A stretch of 64,000 nucleotides of DNA from Camelus dromedarius (GCF_036321535.1 NC_087438.1:2792001-2856000); one strand, 5' to 3'; counted from the stretch's first letter, positions 39,772 through 53,285 are shown. Numbers and translations are program-made. Notes: generated from the letters alone by a model not told the origin.

Positions 39772-39897
39772 AATCACCTGCGAATCCATATTTGTAGATG
39801 TGTAGTCATACGGGGTGTGGGTGCGCACTCAAAATGTTTATCTCCTGTTTGCCACAGCTGGCTTTGAGACTCACAAAGACTGGCCATATTTATAGGT
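39772..39897 (-). promoter_or_regulatory. Candidate TATA promoter and first exon on the minus strand
   Basis: TATAAATA at 39894-39887, E-box CAGCTG at 39855-39860, AGATAA at about 39840, donor CAG|gtgatt at 39778/39777. Confidence 0.35.
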
Positions 39898-41239
39898 AGG
39901 GCTATGATGTAAATGTGTGGCAAAAGTTTGGTAAAATTGCTATCAAGTAGTTTATTAGCTGTGAGCCTAATAAAAAATACGTTTGAACTCTCTTCTCATT
40001 GAGCTGTAGTTTTCAAAGGTGACGTTGTGATTTAGAAAACCATCTTACGAGAAGTGGAATTCTTCCATTTTACGTTTGCCAAACATGAACGTTTTGATGA
40101 ATAAAAAATACATGAGGGTTGATGTTTTTTGTCTTTATCTATGAGAACGGGTCTCGTCACTGAGACCGGTGTTCGAATTTTCTATCAGATTGTGGGATGG
40201 GCATAAGTAAGCCCTTCTGACTTCTCTGATAGAGTTACTAAAATGTTTTACTTTTGCAAGACCATTTTAGGGGTAAGTCTAGTTGACATGACAACCATTT
40301 TCAGGAATAAAATTAACTTTGGGACCCATGACAACCAAGATTTAGAGTAAAATACAGAACTCGGCATGATCAAAGTTCCCTAGTGGCTGAAGAGTACAGT
40401 TGCCTTTTCAGGAATTGATGTCACTTAAGTTTCTGCTCTGGGCCATGTGACCAGAGTCATAAAAGGTCCTGCCGTATTTGGGAACTGGGGTGAAAATGCC
40501 TTCTCTGAACCTCAGTTTCATATCAGTGTTCACTCAGCAGATACTGGTGGACTTGTTCTATGTGTTAGGGGCTCTTTGAGGCACTGGGGGTGCATGGAGG
40601 GGTCAAGGCACTCTCTCAGGTGTGCTACACTCCAGGAGTCCCAGTTGTGGACATGGGGCTCATTCTGTGTGCCCATAACAGCTCCTCAGTCACTAACGAT
40701 CACTAATGTGATTGTGAATGAGCTACAGAATTCTTAAGCACTGAGTCGATAACCTGAGAATAGCCCTGAAAGCGGAGCAACATTCCACACAGACAGCAGT
40801 CAGGCGCTTGGAAAAAAAGCTTGTTGATGTCCGAGAGCAGAAACTCTCTTTAGAAGCACCACTAAAAGGTGATGCAAGGCTACGACATGTTCATGTAGCT
40901 TTTCAATTACCTAGTCCGTGGACATTTACATATGTTCCCGGGAGTGGTCATCTTTGTTCTTGCTTGTCCTCCATTCCTGACTTTTTCTCCCACCACCTGG
41001 ACTGAAGGTCTGCTATGCACCAGGAGAATGTCTACCATGTCATCTTCAGGACATGTTTCCAGGACCCCACAGTCCAGCAAGGGGACAAAATAGATATGCA
41101 GTTAATGTTTAAAATACCCTTGACAAATGTTGTCACTTAAGTATGCAGAGGACGTGGACCTGGCAATCGGGGGTGGGGGGGGCTCTGTTGTCTTGGGGTG
41201 GGAGAGAAGGGGGAGACAGGGAGGAAAGGAAAGCTACAC

Positions 41240-41430
41240 TGAGAAGGATGATCTCCAGGTCGCCTCCTGGGAGAGGGTGGAAATGTTAGGTGTCTTGATG
41301 GTGGTGGTGGCTTCATGGGTGTAGACATCTATCAAAACTTATCAAATCGTGCTGAAATATGTGTAGTTTATTGCACAGGAATTATATCACATTAAGTTGT
41401 TTAAATAATGAAAAAAATAAAAAAAAAAGA
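41240..41430 (+). mobile_element. L1ME-like 3' end with A tail
   Basis: 'tcttgatggtggtggtggcttcatgggtgtagacatctatcaaaacttatcaaatcgt...tatgtgtagtttattg'. Confidence 0.75.
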
Positions 41431-42052
41431 CAAGCTACAGAGAGAAAAAATTAGAATGTGAGCTAAATTCTGAAAACAGAATGGAAGGACTCCCCACTGA
41501 GTTGACTTTGCTTCTGTTTGTATTTAATATTTTTAGAAAGGCCTGCAAGGACAGGTCTCTGGGATGGGTGAGAAATCCCAGAAAACACACAAATAGAGGT
41601 CATTCTCATGTTCTTGTGACTAATTATTGATTCCAAAAGCTTCAAAAATATCTCTGTCCAACCTCAGTCACACAGACATGTGTTTCCATGATTGCCTCTA
41701 AACAGAACCCAGGACCAAGGAACCGCAACGGGTCAGGGAGAACCCAGACACCACCCAGTCAGCTCCTCGCCTGCAGAACGTGGTCCTCCAGGGCCCACTC
41801 TGGATGATGAACGGACTCTAACTTTTCAAAAACAGCACACGCTTCCCTGGTTATAACTGGCCAGCCCCACTAACATGCTATGAATGGATGGATCTGTGCA
41901 AACTCTCGGTTTCCTGCACTCAGCAGCCTTTGGGTATCTGAGGATACTGAGTGCTCTGCCCCACAGGCTTTGCCCCAGACCCGACAATCCCATGGAGTTT
42001 GCCTCATATTTATTTTTATGGACTTAATGCATTCTTGAAGACCCAAACTAAA

Positions 42053-42084
42053 GTGTGTGTATGTGTGTGTGTGCGCGTGCACGT
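42053..42084. repeat. (TG)n microsatellite
   Basis: Directly visible. Confidence 0.85.
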
Positions 42085-45000
42085 GTTTTCAAATAAAACA
42101 AATTGAAGTTAAAACTAACCACATGTCTCAGTGAATCCAGGCTGCCTTGTGACTCTTGAAAAATAAAAATAAGTGAGTAAGTGCTTTTCAAAGAGATATT
42201 TTAACCTCCTGCCAACACCATTGCAGTAAAATATGATTTTTTATTATTATTCAAATGTGAGTTTGGGGACATGATTGAGGTTTTCCTATAATCAGTAAAA
42301 ATGAGGAAACAACCTAAAAATGTTTGGGCAACCTCCAAATAGAGGAGAAAAAAAAAAGCTTTTAAAGGTGAGTGAGTTAATGCGGCACATGTGATAATAA
42401 AAACCCAACAAAAAGTAGCCCTTCTAGTCCTATATTCTGGCGCACAAACTCAGCCATTCTTCAGGGAGACTTTACTGCCTCGTGTCTAATGGCGAGCCCT
42501 AATTATAGCACCCACAACCCACAACACGGGGGTAGGGGGGCGGGGAGGCACGAATAATTATCTACTGCTGCGGTCACAAGGGGGTGTGACCAAGTCTGGG
42601 CTCCGTCATGGGCTTTTTCCACCCCTTAAAAATTCTTTCCATTTACAATGTGTGACATTGAAAATAAAATCTTGTCACTCAATGTGAAAAGTGAGGTAGC
42701 AAAGAGCAAAACTTCCAAATGCGTGGACAGCAGCCCTTTTTCTTGAGGGTGGTAGGGTCTTCTTGTGTGCATCGCACCTTTTCTCGAAGCATCGCACCTT
42801 GGGCTGTGCTCTCACTTTCCCAGCCGCCGGGCAGGGCGTGAGCCGTGTTTACACACCTCATCTGTAGCCCTTTGCTCTCTCAGCTGAATGCACACTGTGG
42901 TTAGTTTCCTCTGCAGTGACTAAATCGCCGTCTATATAAACTCACATTTTCTGACTTTGCCGGAAAGCCATTGGACCAAAGTTCATGGTCAAAAGTGTGT
43001 TTTGCCATCCATTAATGAACTATGTGATCACAAAGAGAACAAGCATTTGGAAGCAGACTCGTGTGAAGCCCCCTAACATAGCCATCGGCGGTCCCCGCTC
43101 GCCAGAGTGGAGGGGCTCGTGCTGTGCGGGGAGGAGAAGGACTCCTGCTGAAGGATCGCCTGCAAGTGAAACTGGGGCCAGTTCTGTGTCTACACAGCCC
43201 CCAGCTCCCTCAGCAAGTGCCTCTCTGTGTAGAGCTGGTTCGTGTCTGATGGACATCAGTCTGTTGCTGAAGAAGAAAGTTGATCAAGCCAGAATACCCA
43301 TTATGGTGCTTTAAAGATCAGATGAAAAACAGCACTGTTTCCAAACTCCAGTCGTGTTGCTTGGCTTCCAAGCGCATTACCCCCTGCTGCGAACTCTCAG
43401 TGATTGCAAATCAAAGGAAAACGTGGGTCAGAGGACACCTGGAGTAGGCTGTGACACTCGGGAGGGAGGCAGTGCCGGGGAGCCAGGACCCCGCGTCCCA
43501 CAAACGGGGGCCCTGGGATTCCCATCCTTCCCAAAGATGCCAAACTTTGTGTCGAGGAGGAAGCCCCAGATGGAAGTGAAAAATTACACAGGAGATGCCC
43601 AAGGGTCTGAAGCAGCCTGCTGGCCATCAAACTCCTGTGTGCGCACTGGAACGAGGGAGGGGTCAGACTGGTTGAAACTAAATGCAAGGAAACAGGTGCG
43701 TCTGGGAGATAGACCCCAGTCACCAAGGAGGGCAGCTCAAGTCTAAGGTCGATCCAGGGCAGTTATTTTCCAGAAGCGGGTAAGGGCCAGTGACTTGCTG
43801 CCAGAAACCGTCAGTTGAAGGCCAAGTCCCTAGTCAGTGACTAGCCTGCACACAGAGCTCTTAAAAAAAAAAATCATTCAATTTCTAACCAGTATCTCAC
43901 CTTGTATGGCACAGCGCTGTGTTCATTACGTTTTATGTTTTCATCTAGAAGTGTGGAGAGTTTTAAGCAGATCATATCTTACCATATTTTCCCCAACAGT
44001 TACGTTTTTCCTACGTCGAGGACACATCTGTAAGTAGAAGGGAACCATTAGATTAAAAGTTTGTGCACAGACTCACCTGAGTAGTGAACAGAATGTCCAA
44101 TGGGCCCATGATTCATCAGAAGTCTTTCAATTGCTCAAAGAATTGTTGTTTTTGTCAACACATACGTCTAGTGAGAAAATTCACTGACCCACGGCCTCCT
44201 CTGATTGTATGAAAATAGACTAGGTTTTCCCATATCAAAGAAATGAAACTTGGATCATGAGCAGGAGATGCTTCACATTTCAAAGAGTCGAGGACTCAGT
44301 GGTAGAGAGACCAGGGCGGTCGGTCCACCTCCATGGTGTGTTTTATATGCCATGTGTCCATCTGCCCTCATGCTGCTCTTAATCTGGCTGAGATGGAAAT
44401 ACTCACACTTGAAGTCCCTTCCTTCCAATGCCGTTGTACGTTAGACAGAACTACTGATTCCAAAGTTCTAAAATCAAAATTTTCTAAAGTCAGAAAATCA
44501 GATCAATTCCTTAATTCCCAGCCTCCCCAAATGCTAACACAATCATATTTTATTGGCTAATTCAATTGGAAGGACTATTTCCAAGCAACTAAATTTTCTA
44601 AGAAACAATCTTTCTCTTTAAACAGAGGCAGTTTTGAGCAAAAGGTATAGGATTTTGTACAAGCTGGCAATGAATCGTAAAAAAATTAATCATCGTCCTG
44701 CAGTTCTGCATTTCTTTGGGGGCTATTTTCCCCTTCATAATTCAAAGCTTAAAGGGGTTTCTGAAAACCAACTTGGGAAAAACACCATTAGTCTAAAGCT
44801 AATGTAGAACTTTTAAGTTATGTTAAATTTTAGGCCTAAAGGTTTAATTTCCATGCTTTTTGGTTGTAAGCCAGACAGACTCCAAATATTCGCTTAATAT
44901 GCTTTCTTATGGTTTAATGTGTAGTAATTTTAGGATTTTGGAATATTTATTTTCCTGAAAAAATGTGCTCCACTGGTATTTCTGGGGGAGAAAAAAATAT

Positions 45001-46190
45001 TTAAGAGCAAACTTACCAATTAAAACTATGAAGCTCATTAGTATAATCTGAAGAAAAAAAAAGTATGAGATATTCCACATGATTTTTTTTTGTTTTATCT
45101 ATATCCCATTCCAGAAATTGAACAAAGGAATTAGTGGCAAAGCTATAAATGTGAATTCATATTCAAAGGAAAATGATACAATAGGCAATTAAGAAAGTCT
45201 TGAGCGTGTCCACGATGGAAGGCACCGTCATCTTATTTCAGAGCTCTCACTGCTGAGTAAAAGCATCGTGCCTCACCTGCCAAAGAGCATGTCCATCAGT
45301 GGGAATCAGAGTGGTGGTGAGGACAGGTCACCAGCTGTCTTTACCCCCTGCCTTTCTCCCAGCCAACGGGGGAGGAGGAGGCAGGAGAGTCCGCCCCGGC
45401 ACCTGGGGACCACGGCCTCACACTGCCCGCCACGGGCCGATGATAAGGCAGAGAGGGCTCTGTGATAGGAGGAGGAGTGAATGCCCGGGGCCCAACAGCA
45501 GTTCACCATGTTTTCAAGAAGCATGCTACTGGCATCCTCCATCTGAATTCGTAGCATTTTATGTAGGGAATTATTTTTTAGTGTCCTTCAAATTGTTGTA
45601 CATTAAACTAAGGGGAAAAATGGACTTTCTAACCAAAAAAAAAAACAACATTAAATTAAAAAAAATTGGAAAGGGAAATGAGAGTCAAATAGCAGGCAGA
45701 TAAACACAGTTTGGGGCTAGATTTAGAGGTGGAAACTGTGTGCATGTTTCATCGCAGTATAGGAGGACTCTTCCTGGTGCACAAGCCTCTCTCCTCCTCC
45801 GCCTGGAATTGTGTCATTAGACATGCATTTCTTTGACTCTGCCTGGCCCACTCTTTCTACTCAGTGCAGTGTTCTTGGGAGATGCGTGTTGATTGTGAGT
45901 CCACTCAAGCTTTGCTGTGACTCCCTGTCCCAGCTTCCCTTCCCCCTGGCACAGAGCAGCCTCCGTACCTGATTGATAGCGTCCAGTGATGGGCAGGACA
46001 GTGGGGCAGAAGCTCCAGGTAGCACCTGCAGACCCAAAGCACCCAAGGCTGAGAGAGGCTCAGGGCTCTGGGTGGGGGAGCCACTGTCACCCTACCAAGT
46101 GGCAGCACATGTCCAGGGGCCCTAAGAGCTTTAACCACTGCTCCTCAGGACACTGTTTAAACGAGATTTCATATTCTACATGTAAAAGTC

Positions 46191-46548
46191 ATGCTATGCT
46201 CTGGAAGTTTGTATGCTCCCAAAACTCACATGTTGAAATTTTAGCCCCCCCCCCAATAATGGAATGAGAAGGCGAGCCTTTGGGAGGTGACTGGGTGAGG
46301 AGAGTAGAGCTGTCCCGAACGGGGTGAGTGCCCTCGTGAAAGAGGCCCCAGAGGGCCCCTCGTCCCCTCCGCCGCGTGACGACACGGAGAGAAAGGGCAG
46401 TCTCGGCACCAGAGCAGGGCCCTCACTGCACCGAGCGGGGCCGTGACCTCGGGACTCCCAGCCTTCAGAACGGAGAGAAGCCGATTTCCACTGTCCATCA
46501 GCTGCCCGCTCTGTGCTGTCCGTCATCGCAGCCCAGCGGACCAAGTGT
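46191..46548 (+). mobile_element. MLT1A0-like solo LTR, CpG-enriched toward its 3' end
   Basis: 'tgctatg...ctccccaaaactcacatgttgaaat', 'cctttgggaggtga', 'gactcccagccttcagaacggagaga', 'gcagcccagcggaccaag'. Confidence 0.9.
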
Positions 46549-46609
46549 CTGGTGAGAACTCAACGCTTTATAGCAAGTCATAAGTTAGAGGATGCCTTTT
46601 CTGTCGGGT

Positions 46610-47210
46610 GTGCCCCACGTCACGCGCGGAGCATTCTAAGACACGCGTTCCCAGGACCCGCCCACGCTCCATGTGAACCCGGTTCCCGGGGGCCGACCCG
46701 TCTCCGGGCTCCAGGGACGCGGTGCCGGATGAAGCGGGTGCTGCCGCCCGCAGGCTCCCGGCGTCCTGGCAGCGGCGGCCGCGGTCGGGCCCGCGTGGCG
46801 TGCTCCCCCCCGCCCCCCGGCAGCATGTGGTTCCAGCCGCTTTTCCGCGTGGGTCTGTTGGTTGGGGGGGCGCTGGGGAGAGCCCTTCCCGCCGCGCACG
46901 GCCTGCAGGCGGAAGGGCCCCTTCGCGCTCTGTGTCCCGCCTCCGCCGCCTCTGTTTCCCTCCCTCCGCTGCGCGTGGCTCCCTCGTCCTCGCAGGGCCC
47001 TCCGCGCGCGCGGGCTGCTCGCCGAGGGGCCCCGGGGCGCAGCCCCTTCTTGCCCGGAGGGGCAGAAGAGCAGAGGCGTCCTCAGTGATGACGGCGAGTG
47101 TTCGGTCGGAGCGATGCGAGTATCCACGGCCGAGGGCGTCGGCCCGGCCTTTCTCCCGTGGGGTTTAAGCGGTCATGACCGCCTGCACAGCCTCGGGTCG
47201 ACCCGGGATA
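46610..47210. other. CpG-island-like GC peak
   Basis: About 600 bp of very high GC and CpG. Confidence 0.8.
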
Positions 47211-47819
47211 AGAAATCCGGATTCAGTCTCGATTCTGCTGGTAAGGAGTCACGTAACCTTAGTCCACGAACTTTCCTTCTCAGATCCCTTGTCCTGCTCT
47301 CAAAGGCCTCGCTTCCCCATCTGCAAATACCCTCTTCTGCCTTAATTCTCAGCGTTTTCTGGGGCGTCGTCAGGAGGCCGCTGAGTCCCCCGGCCTTCAT
47401 CCCTCACTGGAAAGACTGAGCGTCAGGCAGTGCCCGGGCACAGTCTGCATCTCTCTGGGGCGTGCATTTCTGAGGTGATCTACTGTCCTACCATCATTTA
47501 TTTCTTCTCTGCCGATATTAACTGGAGAACATCGTGCTGGATTATAAAATCAATGAGCTTGCTACAACAAAGGAAGAGTCATTGTATCTACTTGATAAAC
47601 ATACGTTGTCTCTGGCCTCACGCTTTTCAGTGATTCTGTATGTATGATCACACACGTATGCAACAATTGGTAGAGATGGATTTTTTTCCAATTTATATGA
47701 ATTGTATTTTTAGCTCGTATTTCTTGGGGTTTTAGGGAAGAGGAAGACTGGGAACAGACTGGATTGTGGGCAGAGGACCCAACCTTTGATGACTCATTTA
47801 AGTCTAGATGGCAGATGTT

Positions 47820-47916
47820 GGGTCACATTTACAGATGAAGAAACAGAGATTCTGGGAAGTGCATGGACATGCCCTGGCACGTACGCAGCAGAGATGGGAT
47901 GGAAGCCCAGGTCTGT
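47820..47916 (-). mobile_element. MIR fragment
   Basis: 'catttacagatgaagaaacagag...gggatggaagcccaggtctg'. Confidence 0.75.
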
Positions 47917-49094
47917 TCAGCTAAATCAGGACACGACCCGTGGGTATACTCTCCCCAGCGAGGATCCTGCATCTGTGCGGTCCAGGCAGTTGCTCTGTGA
48001 GGACCAAGTCACATTTGATACATTTATGTATACCTACCATCCAAATTCCATTTTTAATTATGCAGCTTAATTTAAAAAAAAAACACACTTTCAAATAAAA
48101 ACCTATTGGAAAAATTTTCCAAATTATTAATTCTGTTCAGAAAAAAGGAATAAAAATAATACTTGTATTATAGAGAATTTACAACGAAGGCTCTTAAGGG
48201 TGTAAATATTTCTTAGGCGATCATGGCGACGGTCTAGCCACTCCCTTTTGCGAGCCCTTGAATTGAACCTGAGAGTATGGCGTGCGTTGAAATTGAACAT
48301 CACCTGTGGCAGCTCGAGTACAGCCATGACTTTTTGTCACACACCATAGTCTTGATAAGAAGGAAAACTTCTGAGTTTGCTTCAGGTTTTGCTGACTTGT
48401 CCCTTTTAATCCATTGGTTCCTCATGAGGCTGTAAATAGACAACATTGCTGATTTGACTGGAAAAAAGTATGTGCCCACTAAATTTAGAAAAGTCATTCA
48501 ACTGAAATGTAATGAAAAAATATATTGTCAATCAGGAAACTCAGATGGGGCAACTATTTGATGTGTTTCAAGGGGCTAACAAAAAACTGCATTGCCTTTA
48601 TAAATATTTCAGCTCTGAGAAAATGGATATTTGACCTTTTCAAAACATTTTGATTATTATCTGAGATCTTGATGATTCCCTTCAGGTATGTAGCTGTTTC
48701 AGAGGAAGCACTGTAGAATCTCAATGCCTGCTGCTCAGACCTCATGGTATCCACTGAGATTGTGGGAACACACACATGACAGTGGACATGTGGTCTTTGG
48801 CGTTCTTCTGCATGGAGTCAGGCCTGGGGACAGACAAATCTGGGCTGTGATCTGGAGCTGAGATTTGCTGGTCTGAGCCACCCTTACTCGGTGCTTCTGT
48901 GGCATCTCAGGACGCCTCTCCAGCCTGTGGTGGGACTGAGCACTGGCTTTTGTGTTGTCTTATTTTTCTTTCTTGAACGTCAGCTCCTACAGGGCAGGTG
49001 CGGCACAGTTTGGTTTGACATTCTCTAGCACTCGGTGGAGAGAGTACCCCTGGTGGGTGCCCACCACATAAGATGTCATGCGTCACACTCTAGC

Positions 49095-49420
49095 GTGGGT
49101 CCACTCCTGTCTTTATTGAGCTAAAACCTAGAGAAATAGCCTAAGGAAGTAACTGAACACATCATTCACACAAGTACATAAGAAAACAAAAATATGTGGC
49201 TAGCAGCATTGTTGATGAGAGCAAGATATGGGAACATTTTAAATGTTCTTATTTAAGAGATTAGATAAATAAATTATGGTTTCTCTATACAGTGAAATGC
49301 TGTTGTTATTATAAACTCTGAGGCAGCTCTACGTGCAATGGCAGATGCTAACAAATATTAATGATCTGTTAAGTAAAAAAAAAAAACAGATTCTAAACAG
49401 TATGATCCCATTTTTATTAA
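49095..49420 (+). mobile_element. L1ME-like fragment
   Basis: 'cctaaggaagtaa', 'gcagcattgtt', 'aaataaattatggt', 'acagtatgatcccattttt'. Confidence 0.7.
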
Positions 49421-49663
49421 AACTCCACTTGCACATGCATATGTGCCAAGGGAAGGGTGTAACTCAGCATTTTAACACAGTGTTTTCCCCTAGATACTGT
49501 CTGTTCCAGTCTCTCTTTTTGCCCATGTGTATGTTCAAGTTCTTCTGTAAATATAAAGGGTAATTGAGTACTGTGAAAAGTATTAACATCAGTATCAGTG
49601 AGCTAAAACACAACTAAGAAACAAACTACATGTGTACACGCACTACCTTATCGTAGGGGACTT

Positions 49664-50055
49664 CTGGTGGGCCAAGGTGTGTTCCCCCAGCCCCAAAGCC
49701 CTGACGTTGAAGTCCTCGCCTCCAGTGCTTCAAAATGTGAATGTATTTGAAGATAAGGTCTTTGAAGAGTTAGTGAAGATACAATAAGGTCATTTGGGTG
49801 GGCTGAAGTCCAATATCACCGAGGTCCATGTAAAAAGAGGCGAGTACACAGACTCCCACAGAAGAAAGACCGCGGGAAGACACAGGGAGAAAAAGACAGC
49901 CACGTGCAAGTCAAAGAGGGCGGCCGTAGAAGAGACTACCCTGTTGGCATCTTGCTCTGGGACGTCTAGACTCCAGAATTGTGAGAACATCAATTTCTGA
50001 TCGTTAAGACACTCACTGGTTGGTACATTGTCACGGCAGCTTGAACAAACCCATC
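49664..50055 (+). mobile_element. MLT1B-like solo LTR
   Basis: 'gttgaagtcct...aatgtgaatgtatttgaagataaggtcttt...actccagaattgtgagaa...cacggcagc'. Confidence 0.85.
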
Positions 50056-53000
50056 CAGAGATGCTCTCCTGAGCGCCAGTAACGAGTCTGCACTGGATGT
50101 CAAACTTTACATATTTTTTCCATTTTATACTCTCCTCGATGCTTTGAAGTTCATTATTAATTTCATTTTACATGTGAGGACACTGAGGCATTCAGAGAAA
50201 ACTCGACAAGACTAACCAAGCAAAGCCTTCCTCACATAAGCAAAGCCCTGGACTGTCTCACCCATGGCATCCAGCCCAGGCGGACAGCTCCCGCCAGGAC
50301 AGCACGCGCGCACTGAGGCTACTTCGGTCCTCTTCCCCATCAGATTGACTTCCTGTATCCCATTCCTGCTAATGGTAGCACTGACTTCAGTATGTTATCT
50401 CCTGAGTTTCAGCGTTTACGTGCTAAGCTCTCTCTTCATCCACTTAATTAAGATGTGTGCACCTCCTCAAGACATCCAGAGAAAATTGAATTACGGGATT
50501 TTTTTTTCATGTATTTTGGCGGTGCAATATTGATAGTGCTTTTAGAAGGTCTTTTTTAGGACCTTTAACATCGCAGTACGCAGGCAGATGAAGGACAAGC
50601 CAAATGGAGTCTAACTTGGAGTTGCTTTGCTGTGCTTTTCCTCGCCCTATGGATTGTCATCTGCTTGTGACCCTATTAACAAGCTATTCTGAGTCTCCCC
50701 ATCCACGTAGATGGTTACATGGTTTCGTGTAGAATATAATTAGCTATTTATTAGGGAAAATTCAGTGTAGCTATAGATTTTCACAACTCCAGTGTCCAGC
50801 AGTAGGCAGTTCGGTGTGTCTTTATAAAGCCGTGTCCTAGAAATCTGATTTGCCAGAGCCAGGAGTCTGTTTCCAGGACTTAAGTAAAATGACGCTCGTG
50901 GGTATTCCTGCAGTTCCAGTCGGAGTTTGTCATAATAGCCAGTGGAGTTAGACTGAGTCATCTGTTACCAGCGTGACAGTGCTCCACTGCGGAATTCCTT
51001 CCTGCAGAAATTAGAAACCGTAAGCATTACAGCCCTCCCGAAGAGGAGGGTGGCTGCAAATGGTTCTTAGAGAAAAAGAAATGATTTATTTTCTATTCTG
51101 TGTGTAAGATGCCCACGAAGAGGGAAGCTTTTCTCTCTGTCCATCTTTTATCGAGCACAAGCCTAGCTTCCCCCAAGAAAAACAGTAAAAGCCATCAAGC
51201 CCAGAATTGCACCCTAACTTTTATGGTGTGGGTTGCCGAAGGCCAGCGGGCTTTGATTGCGCAGAAACAAGATGGCAGCGATGTTCTTGCGGAGGGAGCT
51301 CCCGGGACAAGCCTGCTAATTTATGGGCGTGGGGAGATCTGTGCCGCGCAGCTCTTCTGCCGGTAATAGCTGCGCTCAGCTTCCCCGTTTGCCTCACGTT
51401 GCGCCGCAGACTAGCGCTCGGTGGCCGGAGCAAAGGTGCTGTACTCAGCCATAATTCAAAAGACTCTGACATGAAGAAAGTGTTATGATGTTTAACTTAT
51501 AGGGCATCCAAATGTCATAGACCCAAGCAAGCTCCTATTAGCAATAACTCAGGGCCTCTGAAGGGATTTGACATTCAGAACTGATGGGCGCTGGTCCCCG
51601 GGGCCTGCTCCGACCTGGCCTCTGCCAGGCCACTCGGCGAGCGGAGTGGCCCTGGGGTCAAAGCACAAGAGCCCTCTTCAGTTTAAAGAGCGGCTTCTCC
51701 CCGGTTGCCGGGGTTCTGACTCGGCACAATAAATTTCCCAAAGAGCATAAAGAGCCGTCTAGTGTATATCAAATCAATATCACTGCGGCTTGCAGCGATA
51801 TCTGAGGCTACAGTTCACAAAATGAACTAGGCCAGGGGCAGGATTTCTGCCCTTGGCAATCAATCAGGCTCCCGGGTCATGGATTTTAGTGTAAATTAAC
51901 ACAGCAGAAGCCATCATGCTCCCCAGACGATGATATAATACAGGATTTGCTTTCTTTTTTTCTTTCTTTTTTTTTTCCTAAACCCCATTTCATTGCTTGT
52001 GCTCGGAGGTGATGTTACACTGAACAGAAATAACAAGAAGTAGTTATTAGGAAGGTGATGGAAGTCGTAAAGTAAAACAGCAATATTCTCTTGACAAATA
52101 TACCAAAAAAAAAAAAAATACTAAATTAGGTAAACAGTTACAAAGCATGAGAAAAGAATATAATTGCTTTGGAACCTTTTCAACCCAGGACTTTTCCAGA
52201 CTGACCTTGTCAAGGTGATGGTAGGCATTGTGTCAGATTACCGCATGTGAGCGATGTAAAGATGCAATGCTGGGTATTTTCTTATAGAACGTTCCTCCCT
52301 GTTTTCAGCGTCCCCCTTCCATGTCTGTGAAGGACCCAATAACTGTCTCCCTGAAACACTTTACAAATAAGGCACAGTGCAACCCACCCACCCCAAGTCA
52401 CTAAATAAACACCTGCCACGTCTCTCAACCTGGAAACGTGGGTTCGTGATCACCCTCCTTATCTGTTGAGGAAGGGGAAGTGAACTTGAGGTGGCCGGCA
52501 CCTCTGTCTCCGTAGAATGATTTATAATGTGCACATGCATAGGAATCACAGAAAACAAAAATCATTTGTGCAGCAAAACCTGTGGGTTCTAGAAAACTTT
52601 GCGAACACACGTGAGTTGGGTTTGAGAGAAGGGAGTCCGGACTTAATTTATTTTGAAAGAATAAGACGAACTCTCAGGCACCTCGCACACTTCTTACAGC
52701 ATCATACTGTCTGTCAAATCAAGTCGCGTTTATACAGTGTGACACAGGTCATCTTTTCCTCAAGCTTCGAAGACAGTTGCTGGGCCTGGGTCAATGTCAA
52801 AATAAGGTCCACATATCTGAATTTTTTTTTAATTCATGTTTCGTACTTTACTAAAATGCACACCCGTGGACAAGACGATGCTTTGTTCCGACATCACGGA
52901 GGGGAGAGCCCCTCCTGAGCGCCAGCAATGGGTGCGCGGCATCCGGGGCCTGAGTCCTGCTGCAGGTGCTGACACGGCTGCTCCGTTTTCTCAGAAAGGA

Positions 53001-53285
53001 CTGGAGGGGGTACCTGCTGCCCTAATTATAGCAAGGGGTCTTCTGACCGTCTCGTGAAATGGCCTGTGAAGGAGGAGGTGGGAAGGTGCCAAAGCGTTAA
53101 GCACCACATAGTATTGCTCCCACTCTTGTCACGTGTAGGCTTCCACTTCCACCACTTCCATTGCTTCCTTAGGAGTGTGATTAAAACTCACTTACGGCCT
53201 TAAATCAAACAACGGACCTTTTTTTTCTAAATTTTTTTGGCACATGGTGGCAATTTGCCTGAGATTGTCCTAAACTAAACCCTAT

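Noticed and set aside
46513..47419. Overlapping 148-191 aa ORFs on both strands
   Set aside because: Stop-codon depletion in very high GC sequence explains them.
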